This document shows positions 1 to 9,256 of a DNA stretch of 64,000 nt, one piece after another; the stretch's first letter is position 1; each line of letters starts with the position of its first letter. The translations under genes were made by a program, and so were the position numbers. This DNA is from an uncultured delta proteobacterium (lineage in GTDB: Bacteria; Desulfobacterota; Desulfuromonadia; Geobacterales; Pseudopelobacteraceae), in assembly GCA_963772835.1 (NCBI GenBank), contig CAVYYZ010000003.1, forward strand, positions 32,001-96,000. The letters are read 5' to 3'. The notes under the pieces were generated by a model. The model was not told the DNA's origin, searched no databases, and saw nothing but the letters and a program-made list of their open reading frames with translations.

Positions 1-1
1 C

Positions 2-1834
2 GGCGCCATCTCATCGGTTACTGTAGCGCTTTCTTCCTCCAGGGATGCGGAGGGCAAAATTTCGCTCGCCCATGAGATTTCGCCGAGGGATGAACTTTTT
101 TTTGGCGCTTCCAGCGGTGTTATACAATCGTTTGCCCGTTTAATTGAAGGCAAGGGGGCAGTACGGATCGACCGTTTGGCCGGGGACCGTTTGCGGGCAA
201 CCTATCAGGTGGTGGAAACGGACCTGTCCGGCACAGAAAAACGGAGCAGTACCAGCAGTGAGATTACCGATCCGCTGCCGGGACGCCTCTCTGCTGTCGC
301 CGTCGGAACGCAGGGGCATTACCTCTATGCAGGCACAGACAATGGTATGCTGCTGCGCTGGGATATATCGGAACCGGGACAAACCCGTCTTCTGGACAGT
401 GTGCCTGCATCTGAAGAGCGGCAGGCGATCACATCTCTGGCACTGGTGCTGGGAGATGTATCGATAGCAGTCGGTGATGCGAAAGGGGAGCTCTCAACCT
501 GGTTTCCTGTCAAAGTTTCCGGTAGTGGCGAAGATAAACGCCTGACTAAAATTCATACCCTGCGCCCCAACGCCGGCAGCGTGTCACTCATCATTCCTTC
601 GCCGCGCAACAAAACCATCTTTTCGAGCGACTCCTCCGTCATTCACGTCGACCATATGACATCTGAGCGGAACCTGCTGACCATCAAAACCGGTTCACCG
701 ATAGTTACTGCCTCTCTTTCACCCAAGGGTAATACCTTGTCAACACTTGACGGAGGTAATACGGTAACGATCTGGTCGCTGGATATTCCCCATCCGGACA
801 TTTCGTTCGGCACCCTGTTCGGAAAAGTCTGGTATGAAGGGTATGACAAACCTGAATATGCCTGGCAGTCCTCGTCGGCAAACGATGATTATGAACCGAA
901 GACAAGTCTTGTGCCGCTCGTGTTCGGCACCATCAAGGCGACGCTGTTTGCCATGCTCTTCGCCGTACCTCTGGCCCTGCTGGCTGCTCTCTATACCAGC
1001 CAGTTCATGTCTCCGAAGCTGAAAGGGCGTGTCAAGCCGGTCGTGGAAATTATGGCCGCCATTCCCTCGGTTGTGATCGGATTCCTGGCCGGACTATGGC
1101 TGGCGCCGTTGATCGACAAGAGTATTCTGACGGTATTTTTAAGCATTGTAATCGTGCCGATTATGCTGCTCATCACGATATTCTTCTGGAAGCGGATCAA
1201 AACAGCCTCTCCACTTCAGAGAGTCTCCCGCGGCCACGAATTTATTGCCATGATTCCGGTGGTACTCCTGGGTATCTATCTTGCTTTTCTTTTAAGCGGG
1301 GTTGCCGAGGTGAATCTGTTCGCCGGTGATTTCAAACAGTGGCTCTTCAGCACGCTGGGAGTTCGCTATGACCAGCGTAACAGCATCATTATCGCCATCG
1401 CTCTCGGCTTTGCCGTGATCCCCATCATCTTTACCATTGCGGAGGATGCCATTTCCAACGTGCCGCGCAACCTGACCGCCGCCTCGCTGGCTCTGGGCGG
1501 CAGCCGGTGGCAGACAGCCTGGCGCGTGGTTCTCCCTTCTGCTCTGCCGGGTGTCTTTTCGGCGGTCATGATCGGTTTCGGACGTGCCATCGGTGAGACC
1601 ATGATCGTGCTGATGGCCACTGGTAATACACCCATTATGAGCTGGAGCCTGTTTAACGGTCTTCGCTCCCTGTCGGCCAACATAGCGGTTGAAATTCCGG
1701 AAGCACCCTTCAACAGTTCACTTTACCGGGTACTGTTCCTTTCGGCAGTGCTGCTGTTTATTTTCACCTTTATCATCAATACGGTTGCTGAAGCACTGCG
1801 GCAGAAGTTCAGGAAAAAATACGGGCGTTACTAA
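2..1834 (+). CDS. pstC: Phosphate ABC transporter permease PstC with large N-terminal beta-propeller/WD40-like soluble domain; 5' end lies outside the window
   Basis: Frame is open from position 2, so the TTG at 176 is not the true start. C-terminal half has PstC motifs (PSVVIG, ASLALGGSRWQT, GRAIGETMIVLM). Followed by pstA, pstB, phoU. Confidence 0.93.
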   Translation, partial: GAISSVTVALSSSRDAEGKISLAHEISPRDELFFGASSGVIQSFARLIEGKGAVRIDRLAGDRLRATYQVVETDLSGTEKRSSTSSEITDPLPGRLSAVAVGTQGHYLYAGTDNGMLLRWDISEPGQTRLLDSVPASEERQAITSLALVLGDVSIAVGDAKGELSTWFPVKVSGSGEDKRLTKIHTLRPNAGSVSLIIPSPRNKTIFSSDSSVIHVDHMTSERNLLTIKTGSPIVTASLSPKGNTLSTLDGGNTVTIWSLDIPHPDISFGTLFGKVWYEGYDKPEYAWQSSSANDDYEPKTSLVPLVFGTIKATLFAMLFAVPLALLAALYTSQFMSPKLKGRVKPVVEIMAAIPSVVIGFLAGLWLAPLIDKSILTVFLSIVIVPIMLLITIFFWKRIKTASPLQRVSRGHEFIAMIPVVLLGIYLAFLLSGVAEVNLFAGDFKQWLFSTLGVRYDQRNSIIIAIALGFAVIPIIFTIAEDAISNVPRNLTAASLALGGSRWQTAWRVVLPSALPGVFSAVMIGFGRAIGETMIVLMATGNTPIMSWSLFNGLRSLSANIAVEIPEAPFNSSLYRVLFLSAVLLFIFTFIINTVAEALRQKFRKKYGRY

Positions 1835-1839
1835 TAATC

Positions 1840-1942
1840 CACCACGGAGACACGGATAAATCAGAATTAAAGATTCAAAGTCTAAATTCTTTTTGGGTTA
1901 AACCATAAATCTTTTTTTGACTTTCTCCGTGCCTCCGTGGTG
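1840..1942. repeat. Intergenic inverted-repeat element with octamer-unit arms (CACGGAGR type) and AT-rich spacer
   Basis: CACCACGGAGACACGGA at 1840-1856 vs TCCGTGCCTCCGTGGTG at 1926-1942 (16/17 complementary). Spacer is AT-rich. Confidence 0.9.
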
Positions 1943-1964
1943 AAGCATGTAAGGTGTTACTATT

Positions 1965-3560
1965 ATGAAAATATTCTGGAAGACAGGCGAGCCCTATGTA
2001 CTGGCAACCGGAGCGGCTCTGGCAATCATTCTTGTCATGTCCCTTGCCCTTGTCGGGACCGTTATGACGAATGGACTGGGGTATTTCTGGCCGCGTGAGC
2101 TCGTCAGGTTCGAGCTGAAAGACGGCTCTTTTGCTCTTGGGCAGATCACGCAGCGGGAAAAAAATCCGATTACCGGCGAGCGCCGCCTGCAGCTCAAGGT
2201 TGCTAACCGCGATGTTTTCGGTCAGGATTTCCGCTGGATTGACGAAAAAGAGATCTCTTCCCGCTCACTGCCGGCAGATGCGGTGCTGGTTGAACGCCGC
2301 GAACATGGCAACTATTTCGGCTTTTTGAAGGGAGTAACAGCAGAGGGCCTGACGATTGCCGCCGCGCCGCCGCAGGAAACATTGCAGCAGGCACTGAAGC
2401 TGGTGAAGGGTAAGCTTGACGGTACCCGCACTATCAGGGAGCAGATGTCGGATCTGAACAACAGCGCCGAACGTCTCCGGTTGCAGCTGCTGAAACTCGA
2501 ATATAACGGCGCGGATAAGAACGCCTCTGAGATCGCGGGGCTTACCGCCACCCGTGAAAAGGCCCTGGCAGAATTTACCACTCTGAACGATCGGTTTTCC
2601 GCGGCCCAGGCCGAAATCGGTCGGGTGACCGCTCAGTTCAGTGATGTTACCGGCGCCGGCAAGGATATCGCCCTGGTGGATATTGTTACCGTTCAGCGCC
2701 CCAACAGCATGACGTTTTTCGCCAAATGCGGCGCATATCTTGAGCGTGTCCGCGAGCTGCTGCTCGATGACCCTCGTGAATCGAATACCGAAGGCGGCCT
2801 CTTCCCGGCTATCTTCGGCACGGTCATGATGGTGCTGCTGATGAGTGTTTTCTCTCTTCCATTCGGTGTCATAGCAGCGATCTATCTGCGCGAATATGCC
2901 CGGGACGGCTTGATGACCCGCATGGTGCGGATCGCGGTCAATAACCTGGCCGGCGTTCCCTCTATTGTCTACGGTGTTTTTGGACTCGGCTTCTTCGTGT
3001 ACGGCATCGGCGGGAGTATAGACAGCCTGTTTTTTCCAGAACGGCTGCCGACACCGACATTCGGAACCGGTGGTATTCTCTGGTCCAGTCTGACCCTGGC
3101 GCTTCTGACCGTGCCGGTGGTAATCGTTGCCACCGAAGAGTCGCTCGCCTCCATTCCTAAGGGTATTCGAGAAGGATCACTGGCGCTGGGTGCTACCAAG
3201 TTTCAGACGCTTACTAAAAATCTGCTGCCGATGGCAACCCCCGGCATCATGACCGGCCTGATTCTTTCCATGGCACGTGCGGCCGGCGAGGTAGCGCCGC
3301 TCATGATCATTGGTGTTGTGAAACTGGCACCGGCTCTCCCCTTTGATACGAATTTTCCATTCTTCCATATGGATCGAAAATTCATGCACCTTGGTTTCCA
3401 TATCTACGATGTCGGTTTTCAGTCTCCCAACGTGGAGGCTGCCAAGCCTATGGTGTACGTTACCACGCTGCTGCTTCTTGCAATCGTCATCATAGCCAGC
3501 AGTTCAGCCATTTACCTCCGTAACCGGATGCGTAGCAAATATACAACTTCGACGTTTTGA
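1965..3560 (+). CDS. pstA: Phosphate ABC transporter permease PstA with extended periplasmic coiled-coil region
   Basis: Motifs GGLFPAIFGT, NNLAGVPSIVYG, EGSLALGATK, ARAAGEVAP; operon context. Confidence 0.95.
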   Translation: MKIFWKTGEPYVLATGAALAIILVMSLALVGTVMTNGLGYFWPRELVRFELKDGSFALGQITQREKNPITGERRLQLKVANRDVFGQDFRWIDEKEISSRSLPADAVLVERREHGNYFGFLKGVTAEGLTIAAAPPQETLQQALKLVKGKLDGTRTIREQMSDLNNSAERLRLQLLKLEYNGADKNASEIAGLTATREKALAEFTTLNDRFSAAQAEIGRVTAQFSDVTGAGKDIALVDIVTVQRPNSMTFFAKCGAYLERVRELLLDDPRESNTEGGLFPAIFGTVMMVLLMSVFSLPFGVIAAIYLREYARDGLMTRMVRIAVNNLAGVPSIVYGVFGLGFFVYGIGGSIDSLFFPERLPTPTFGTGGILWSSLTLALLTVPVVIVATEESLASIPKGIREGSLALGATKFQTLTKNLLPMATPGIMTGLILSMARAAGEVAPLMIIGVVKLAPALPFDTNFPFFHMDRKFMHLGFHIYDVGFQSPNVEAAKPMVYVTTLLLLAIVIIASSSAIYLRNRMRSKYTTSTF

Positions 3561-3573
3561 CGCAAACAGCAAA

Positions 3574-3745
3574 TTGAAACACAGAGCAACTGAGCAACTG
3601 AGGACGTCAAAATATTTGATGGCCAAACAAAACTACATTGTTAGAGAAACAAACGGGATAAAGTTTTGATTTAAATTCGATTTACCCTCGAATTCAGCCT
3701 TTGATTTTCTCCGTTGCTCCGTTGCTCCGTTGCTCTGTGTTTCAA
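3574..3745. repeat. Intergenic inverted-repeat element with (GAGCAACN)n arms and 106-nt AT-rich spacer
   Basis: TTGAAACACA-GAGCAACT-GAGCAACT-GAG at 3574-3602; CTCCGTTGCTCCGTTGCTCCGTTGCTCTGTGTTTCAA at 3709-3745. Confidence 0.92.
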
Positions 3746-3782
3746 ATTATTTCAGATTTTAAATGTTTTACAAGGAATTTAT

Positions 3783-4565
3783 ATGTCACAAACTCAAGAA
3801 CTAAGCTGCAACGCACCCATCCTTTCCGTTTCAAACCTGAACCTCCACTATGGTCAGGCGCACGCCTTGAAAGATGTGACCCTGGATATGGCCCGGCATC
3901 AGGTGACCGCGTTCATCGGACCATCCGGATGCGGAAAATCAACTCTGCTGCGCTGTTTCAACCGGATGAACGATCTGGTTGAGAGCGCCCGGATTGATGG
4001 CAGTATTCGCTTTAACGGCGATGAGATCAATGAACCATCCACCGATGTTATCTCTCTCCGGCGCAGAATCGGCATGGTCTTTCAGCAGTCCAACCCGTTC
4101 CCCAAGTCGATCTACGAGAACATCGTCTACGGTCTGCGCATCGCAGGCATCAACGACAAGACAACTCTTGACGAGGCGGTCGAGCGGAGCCTGAAAAGCG
4201 CCGCCATCTGGAACGAGGTCAAGGACCGGCTTAATGATTCGGCCCTCGGGCTTTCCGGCGGCCAGGCCCAGAGAATTTGCATTGCCCGTGCCATTGCGGT
4301 CAATCCGGAGATTATCCTGATGGATGAACCCTGTTCGGCCCTTGACCCCATCTCAACCCTCAAAATTGAAGAGTTGATTGAAGAACTTAAAAGCAAGTAT
4401 ACTATCGTCATCGTTACTCATAATATGCAGCAGGCCGCGAGAGTTTCCGATGTAACCGCTTTCTTTTATCTCGGAGAGCTGATTGAGGCCGGGGGTACGC
4501 GCAAGATCTTTACCAACCCGGAGAAGAAACAGACAGAAGACTACATCACCGGAAGATTCGGTTAG
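3783..4565 (+). CDS. pstB: Phosphate ABC transporter ATPase PstB
   Basis: Walker [29 protein letters not shown]-terminal [10 protein letters not shown]. Start moved to ATG 3783 (AAGGA upstream) because the TTG at 3714 lies inside the repeat arm. Confidence 0.97.
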   Translation: MSQTQELSCNAPILSVSNLNLHYGQAHALKDVTLDMARHQVTAFIGPSGCGKSTLLRCFNRMNDLVESARIDGSIRFNGDEINEPSTDVISLRRRIGMVFQQSNPFPKSIYENIVYGLRIAGINDKTTLDEAVERSLKSAAIWNEVKDRLNDSALGLSGGQAQRICIARAIAVNPEIILMDEPCSALDPISTLKIEELIEELKSKYTIVIVTHNMQQAARVSDVTAFFYLGELIEAGGTRKIFTNPEKKQTEDYITGRFG

Positions 4566-4572
4566 TGAGTTA

Positions 4573-4609
4573 GAACCTCTTTTCTGCCTGTTCTGGTAGA
4601 AAAAGGTTC
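4573..4609. other. Intergenic stem-loop between pstB and phoU
   Basis: GAACCTCTTTTCTGCC...GGTAGAAAAAGGTTC imperfect inverted repeat. Confidence 0.55.
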
Positions 4610-4648
4610 GTAAACGAACTATCCTGTTTGTCCGGATTAGGAGAACAT

Positions 4649-5320
4649 ATGCTGCATGAACATATCAGTAAGGCTTTCGATAATGAGTTGAATGAATTGC
4701 GCCAGAGTATTCTGGTCATGGGCGGCAAGGTGGAGTTGATGATTGCCAACTCGGTCAGGTCGCTTGTGGATAGGGATACCGCGTTGGCCGAGCGGACTAT
4801 TGCGCTTGATCATGAAGTCAATGCGGCCGAAGTGTCTATCGACGAGCGCTGTCTGGAGCTTCTGGCTCTGCGTCAGCCTGCCGCCCGCGATCTTCGTTTT
4901 ATCACGATAGCGCTCAAGATTGTTACCGATCTGGAACGTATGGGGGATCAGTGCGCCAATATTGCCAAGCGCGCTCGTGAAATGAATGAAGAACCGCCCC
5001 TGAAGCCGTACATTGATATCCCGCGTATGGCCCACCGGGCGGAGGTAATGGTCAAGGAGGCGCTTGACGCCTTCGTGCGCGGCGACTCTGATCTGGCGAT
5101 CAAAGTCTGCAAGGATGACACGTTCGTGGACGATCTTAACATCCAGATACAAAGAGAGCTTCTGACCTTCATGATTGAAGACCCGACAACGATCTCGCGC
5201 GCCATGAAACTCAACTATATTTCAAAGTCATTGGAGCGTATAGCCGATCACGCCACCAACGTGGCCGAGATGGTTATTTTTATGGTCAAAGGGAAGGATA
5301 TCCGGCATACGATAGCATAG
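4649..5320 (+). CDS. phoU: Phosphate signalling protein PhoU
   Basis: QPAARDLRFI, DLERMGD and LERIADHATN repeats. AGGAG precedes ATG 4649. Confidence 0.97.
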   Translation: MLHEHISKAFDNELNELRQSILVMGGKVELMIANSVRSLVDRDTALAERTIALDHEVNAAEVSIDERCLELLALRQPAARDLRFITIALKIVTDLERMGDQCANIAKRAREMNEEPPLKPYIDIPRMAHRAEVMVKEALDAFVRGDSDLAIKVCKDDTFVDDLNIQIQRELLTFMIEDPTTISRAMKLNYISKSLERIADHATNVAEMVIFMVKGKDIRHTIA

Positions 5321-5353
5321 GAAACTGAAGGCCATGGTTCTTCGAGGACCGAA

Positions 5354-5394
5354 ACACAAAAAAAGGTGCCGATAAACGGCACCTTTTTTTGTGT
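5354..5394. terminator. Bidirectional intrinsic terminator between convergent phoU and tRNA-Asp
   Basis: ACACAAAAAAAGGTGCCG-ATAAA-CGGCACCTTTTTTTGTGT, an 18-bp perfect stem with A/T tracts on both sides. Confidence 0.9.
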
Positions 5395-5395
5395 A

Positions 5396-5472
5396 TGGCG
5401 GGGTTGACGGGGCTCGAACCCGCGACTTCCAGCGTGACAGGCTGGCACTCTAACCAACTGAGCTACAACCCC
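5396..5472 (-). tRNA. tRNA-Asp (GTC), CCA encoded
   Basis: Minus strand GGGGTTGTAGCTCAGTTGGTTAGAGTGCCAGCCTGTCACGCTGGAAGTCGCGGGTTCGAGCCCCGTCAACCCCGCCA; 77 nt, cloverleaf, anticodon GTC. Confidence 0.98.
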
Positions 5473-5558
5473 GTAGCTAGTAAACAGATTAACTCGACAG
5501 TTATGTCATAAACAGCTGTCGTTTGTCAAGCAGCTTGAATGATGCATTGAAAAAAAGT

Positions 5559-7796
5559 TTATGCACATTCGGAATAACCACAGGCATGGCAGACGGAACA
5601 GCCGCCTTCATGCTCAACAATGCCGCCGCACTCCGGGCAGGCTCCGCGTTCATGCCGTGTAGCTTCATTCTCGATATCATATCCACTGTCAACCAGATGG
5701 TTCTGAATCGCTTTTCCGACTGCATCTGCGCAGGAAAGAACGCGGTTGTCACCGAAGCCGGAGGGGCAGTGGCAGGAAATTCCCTGGAGCTGTTTTACCA
5801 CCTGACGAGCCTGAACACCGCTTCTCCAGGCGAGTGATACCATGCGCCCGATTGCTTCGCTCTGGGAGGCCGCGCATCCTCCGGCTTTGCCCATTGTGGT
5901 GAAAAGTTCAAATAAACCGTTCTTGTCCTCGTTAATAGTGATGTAGAGCGGTCCGCAGCCGGTCTGCATCTGATGGGTACACCCTTTCAGAGCTTTGGGA
6001 CGATCCCGTTTGACCGCTTTCTTTTCTTCTTCGACCGGAGTGGCTGCAACTGCTGCCTGCTCTTCTTTTTTGCCGGTCGACAGTACCTGTTCATCTCTGG
6101 AACCGTCACGATAAATGGTAACGCCTTTGCATCCGGTTTCGTAGGCGAGCATGTATACTTTTTCAACATCCTCGATTGTGGCGGAATGTGAAAAATTCAC
6201 CGTTTTCGAAACGGCATTGTCGGTGTAGAGCTGGAAAGCGGACTGCATCTGAATGTGATATTCGGGGGTGATTTCATGGGAAGTCACAAATACGCTGCGG
6301 ATATCGGCCGGAATTTCGGCAATATCATGGACGGTGCCATGCTCGGCTATTTTCTTCATGAGGTCTTCCGAGTAGAATCCGCGTTCTTTTGCAATTTTCT
6401 CAAAAATCGGGTTGACCTCTACCAGGACGTTTTTGTCCATAACAGTGCGGATGTAGGAAACGGCAAAGAGCGGTTCAACGCCTGAAGATGCGTTGGCAAT
6501 AATCGAGATTGTTCCGGTTGGAGCGATTGTTGTCACTGTCGCATTTCTTTGCGGAGCGGCACCCTTCTTGTCAAATATAGAGCCCTTGAAGTTGGGAAAT
6601 GACCCCCTTTTTTTACCCAGTTCCTGAGATGCAAGATGTCCTTCATCATTGATGAATTTCATAACTTTCTTGCCGAGCTTTACCGCTTCGTCAGAACAGT
6701 AGGGAATCCCCAGAAGTATAAGCATGTCCGCCCACCCCATGACTCCAAGCCCGATTTTGCGGTTTGCGTGAGTCATGTCATGGATCTGCTGCAGTGGATA
6801 GTTGTTGGCCTCGATTACATTGTCGAGAAAGTGGACGGCGTTGTGAATGGTCTCGCGCAGTTTCTTCCACTCAATCGTGCCGTCTTTTATAAAGGTACCC
6901 AGGTTAATGGAGCCAAGATTACATGATTCATAGGGAAGAAGAGGCTGTTCGCCACAGGGGTTGGTAGATTCAATCTCGCCGACCAGCGGTGTCGGGTTGT
7001 CGCGATTCAGGCGATCGAGAAAAATAATTCCGGGTTCACCATTTTCCCATGCCTGTTTGACGATGCGCTGAAAAACCTTGCGGGCGTTAAGACTCCCGCA
7101 GACTTTTTTGTCCCGGGGATTAATGAGGCTGTAATCCTCATCCCGTTCGACAGCCTGCATGAATTTTTCGGTAAGGCCGACTGATATGTTGAAATTATTC
7201 AGCTGTTTCTGATCTGCCTTGCACATGATAAAATCAACCACATTCGGGTGATCGACCCTTAAAATTGCCATGTTTGCGCCGCGTCTGGTACCGCCCTGTT
7301 TGATGGTCTCCGTTGCAATGTCAAATACACGCATAAATGAGAGCGGGCCGCTTGAAATGCCGGTGGTGGTGCTGACGACGTCGTTAGCCGGTCTCAGACG
7401 TGAAAAGGAGAACCCGGTGCCGCCACCTGATTTGTGAATCAGTGCGGTATATTTTACGGCGTCAAAAATCTCTTCCATAGAGTCGCCTACCGGAAGAACA
7501 AAGCATGCTGACAACTGCCCGAGAGGACGGCCTGCATTCATGAGGGTAGGTGAGTTCGGGAGAAATTCAAAGGTGGTCATCATGCGATAGAAGGTGTCGG
7601 ATAATGTTTTTGTATCCGCTTTCTTATCAAAAGTTTTGTCGGCTGCGGCAATTGTGTCCGCCACACGTCGAAACATGTCTGCCGGAGTCTCAAGAGCCTT
7701 ACCGGTTTCATCCCTGCGCAGATAGCGTTTTTCCAAAACAGTGACAGCATTTTTTGTCAGTCCGGGGATGGCGTCGGGTGTGGTGCTTTTTTTCAT
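5559..7796 (-). CDS. nrdJ: Class II (adenosylcobalamin-dependent) ribonucleotide reductase with C-terminal TSCPD-like and Cys-rich domains
   Basis: PNSPTLMN, QLSACFV, TNPCGEQ, ESCNLGS, TIAPTGTIS, KGVTIYRDGSR; C-terminal CPECG...CHACG. Confidence 0.95.
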   Translation of the reverse strand: MKKSTTPDAIPGLTKNAVTVLEKRYLRRDETGKALETPADMFRRVADTIAAADKTFDKKADTKTLSDTFYRMMTTFEFLPNSPTLMNAGRPLGQLSACFVLPVGDSMEEIFDAVKYTALIHKSGGGTGFSFSRLRPANDVVSTTTGISSGPLSFMRVFDIATETIKQGGTRRGANMAILRVDHPNVVDFIMCKADQKQLNNFNISVGLTEKFMQAVERDEDYSLINPRDKKVCGSLNARKVFQRIVKQAWENGEPGIIFLDRLNRDNPTPLVGEIESTNPCGEQPLLPYESCNLGSINLGTFIKDGTIEWKKLRETIHNAVHFLDNVIEANNYPLQQIHDMTHANRKIGLGVMGWADMLILLGIPYCSDEAVKLGKKVMKFINDEGHLASQELGKKRGSFPNFKGSIFDKKGAAPQRNATVTTIAPTGTISIIANASSGVEPLFAVSYIRTVMDKNVLVEVNPIFEKIAKERGFYSEDLMKKIAEHGTVHDIAEIPADIRSVFVTSHEITPEYHIQMQSAFQLYTDNAVSKTVNFSHSATIEDVEKVYMLAYETGCKGVTIYRDGSRDEQVLSTGKKEEQAAVAATPVEEEKKAVKRDRPKALKGCTHQMQTGCGPLYITINEDKNGLFELFTTMGKAGGCAASQSEAIGRMVSLAWRSGVQARQVVKQLQGISCHCPSGFGDNRVLSCADAVGKAIQNHLVDSGYDIENEATRHERGACPECGGIVEHEGGCSVCHACGYSECA

Positions 7797-7868
7797 AGAA
7801 AACTCCTTGTATTTAAGAAACTGTTGATCCTGAACGTATTAAATGTGGTCTGCCTGAAAACAACAAAC

Positions 7869-7915
7869 CACAATATTTTGTGGAAGGTGCTGAAATAAAC
7901 CACAACATGTATGTG
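7869..7915. promoter_or_regulatory. Tandem NrdR boxes upstream of nrdJ
   Basis: CACAATATTTTGTG (7869-7882) closely matches the CACwAtATaTwGTG core. A weaker CACAACATGTATGTG starts 32 bp later (7901). Confidence 0.75.
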
Positions 7916-8179
7916 GTGTCAACAAATATAATTTATAAAAACATAACACCTTGAAAGGACTTGAAAAGCTGAATAACCGGGCAGGTTGATGGATATTTTA
8001 ATGAAAAACTGCACGTATTTTGTGTGCCCGGCGGCATTCAGTTTGTCATTGCCTGATCGAGTCTGACAGGAGGGTGCCTGTAACACGGAGATGATGAACC
8101 GCCTTTGAATAAACAACATTGAATTTACAGTTTATCCGAATCATGGTAATGGTTCATCTCCATTGTAAGGAGTTCACGA

Positions 8180-9256
8180 GTGAAAGTTTTTATCGCGGCC
8201 GGTCTCTTTTTCTGTCTGACAACAATCTCGCTGGCAGCCGAACCGGCCACAACGGTGTACGAGGGAACGGTTCTGACCGAAGATGTAACCTGGCGGGGTT
8301 CCATACTCGTCAAAGGGTCGGTCGTTGTGGCACCACAGGCGACCCTGCGCATTGATCCGGGGACGGTTGTACGATTTGCTGTATCTGCCTCTCAACAGAT
8401 TCCTGCTCTTGTTATTCAAGGGCGTCTTAACGCTGCAGGAACCTCTGAACGCCCGATTTTGCTGACATCTGACCGGACACGGCCCGTTCGAGGCTCATGG
8501 GGGGGCATCGTTTTTCTCTCAACTGAAAAACGCAATCTGCTCGACCGCTGTCGTATTGAGTATGCAGAAACCGGGATCGATGTCCGTTTTTCCACGGTAA
8601 CCCTTAAGTCGATTTCTATCGTACAGGCCAGGACCGCTCTGCTGTCCCATGACGGTATAATCCAGATGACCGGCAGCACGGTCTCCGATTCAGAAACCGG
8701 CATTGAAGTCTATAACAGCGAATTTGACGGCAGGGATACGACTGTTGATGCATGTCAGCGCGGCGGATTGTTTAGTAAATCTGCTGTTGTGCTTTCCTCG
8801 CTTACTTTTACTAATAACCAGCACGCCGGGTTTGAAGCGGATGACTGCCGGATAAAAATCGGCGGTGGAGAGTTTTCCGGAAATTCTCTCGGAGCACGAA
8901 TCAAGGGAGGAGAGGGGGAGATCGTTATGTCCGCCTTTGTGCGTAACACGCGGAATGCTCTTCATGTTTCCGATTCACGTGTCAGGATTACACGATGTCT
9001 GTTTGCCGGGAACCTCCAGGACGCGTTGCGAATTGATGATGGACGGGCGCTCCTGATGAATAATGCCTTCAGTTTAAACGGCGGCTTCAATATCGTCAAT
9101 GCCGGTCGTGAGGTTGTCAGTGCCCGCCAGAACTGGTGGGGAACAAAAGATCCGTCGCTGATCGGCCAAAAGATTTATGACTCGGTTCGAGATAAAAACA
9201 TCGGCACTGTCCAGCTTTTCCCCTGGCTGAATGAAAAACCGCCATTGACTCCATGA
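8180..9256 (+). CDS. Secreted right-handed parallel beta-helix repeat protein
   Basis: Signal peptide, LRIDPGTVV, GSWGGIVF, beta-helix-like repeats, NWWG motif near C-terminus; AAGGAG before GTG. Confidence 0.8.
   Translation: MKVFIAAGLFFCLTTISLAAEPATTVYEGTVLTEDVTWRGSILVKGSVVVAPQATLRIDPGTVVRFAVSASQQIPALVIQGRLNAAGTSERPILLTSDRTRPVRGSWGGIVFLSTEKRNLLDRCRIEYAETGIDVRFSTVTLKSISIVQARTALLSHDGIIQMTGSTVSDSETGIEVYNSEFDGRDTTVDACQRGGLFSKSAVVLSSLTFTNNQHAGFEADDCRIKIGGGEFSGNSLGARIKGGEGEIVMSAFVRNTRNALHVSDSRVRITRCLFAGNLQDALRIDDGRALLMNNAFSLNGGFNIVNAGREVVSARQNWWGTKDPSLIGQKIYDSVRDKNIGTVQLFPWLNEKPPLTP

Noticed and set aside
3574..3745. CRISPR array or intrinsic terminator reading of the octamer repeats
   Set aside because: The repeats are inverted, with only two arms per locus, no cas genes, a very long loop and no U-tail.
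3714..3782. N-terminal extension of PstB from TTG 3714
   Set aside because: It lies in the repeat arm; ATG 3783 has an RBS and gives a normal length.
5396..5472. tRNA-Asp as an integration site
   Set aside because: No integrase and no duplicated tRNA 3' end seen in the window.
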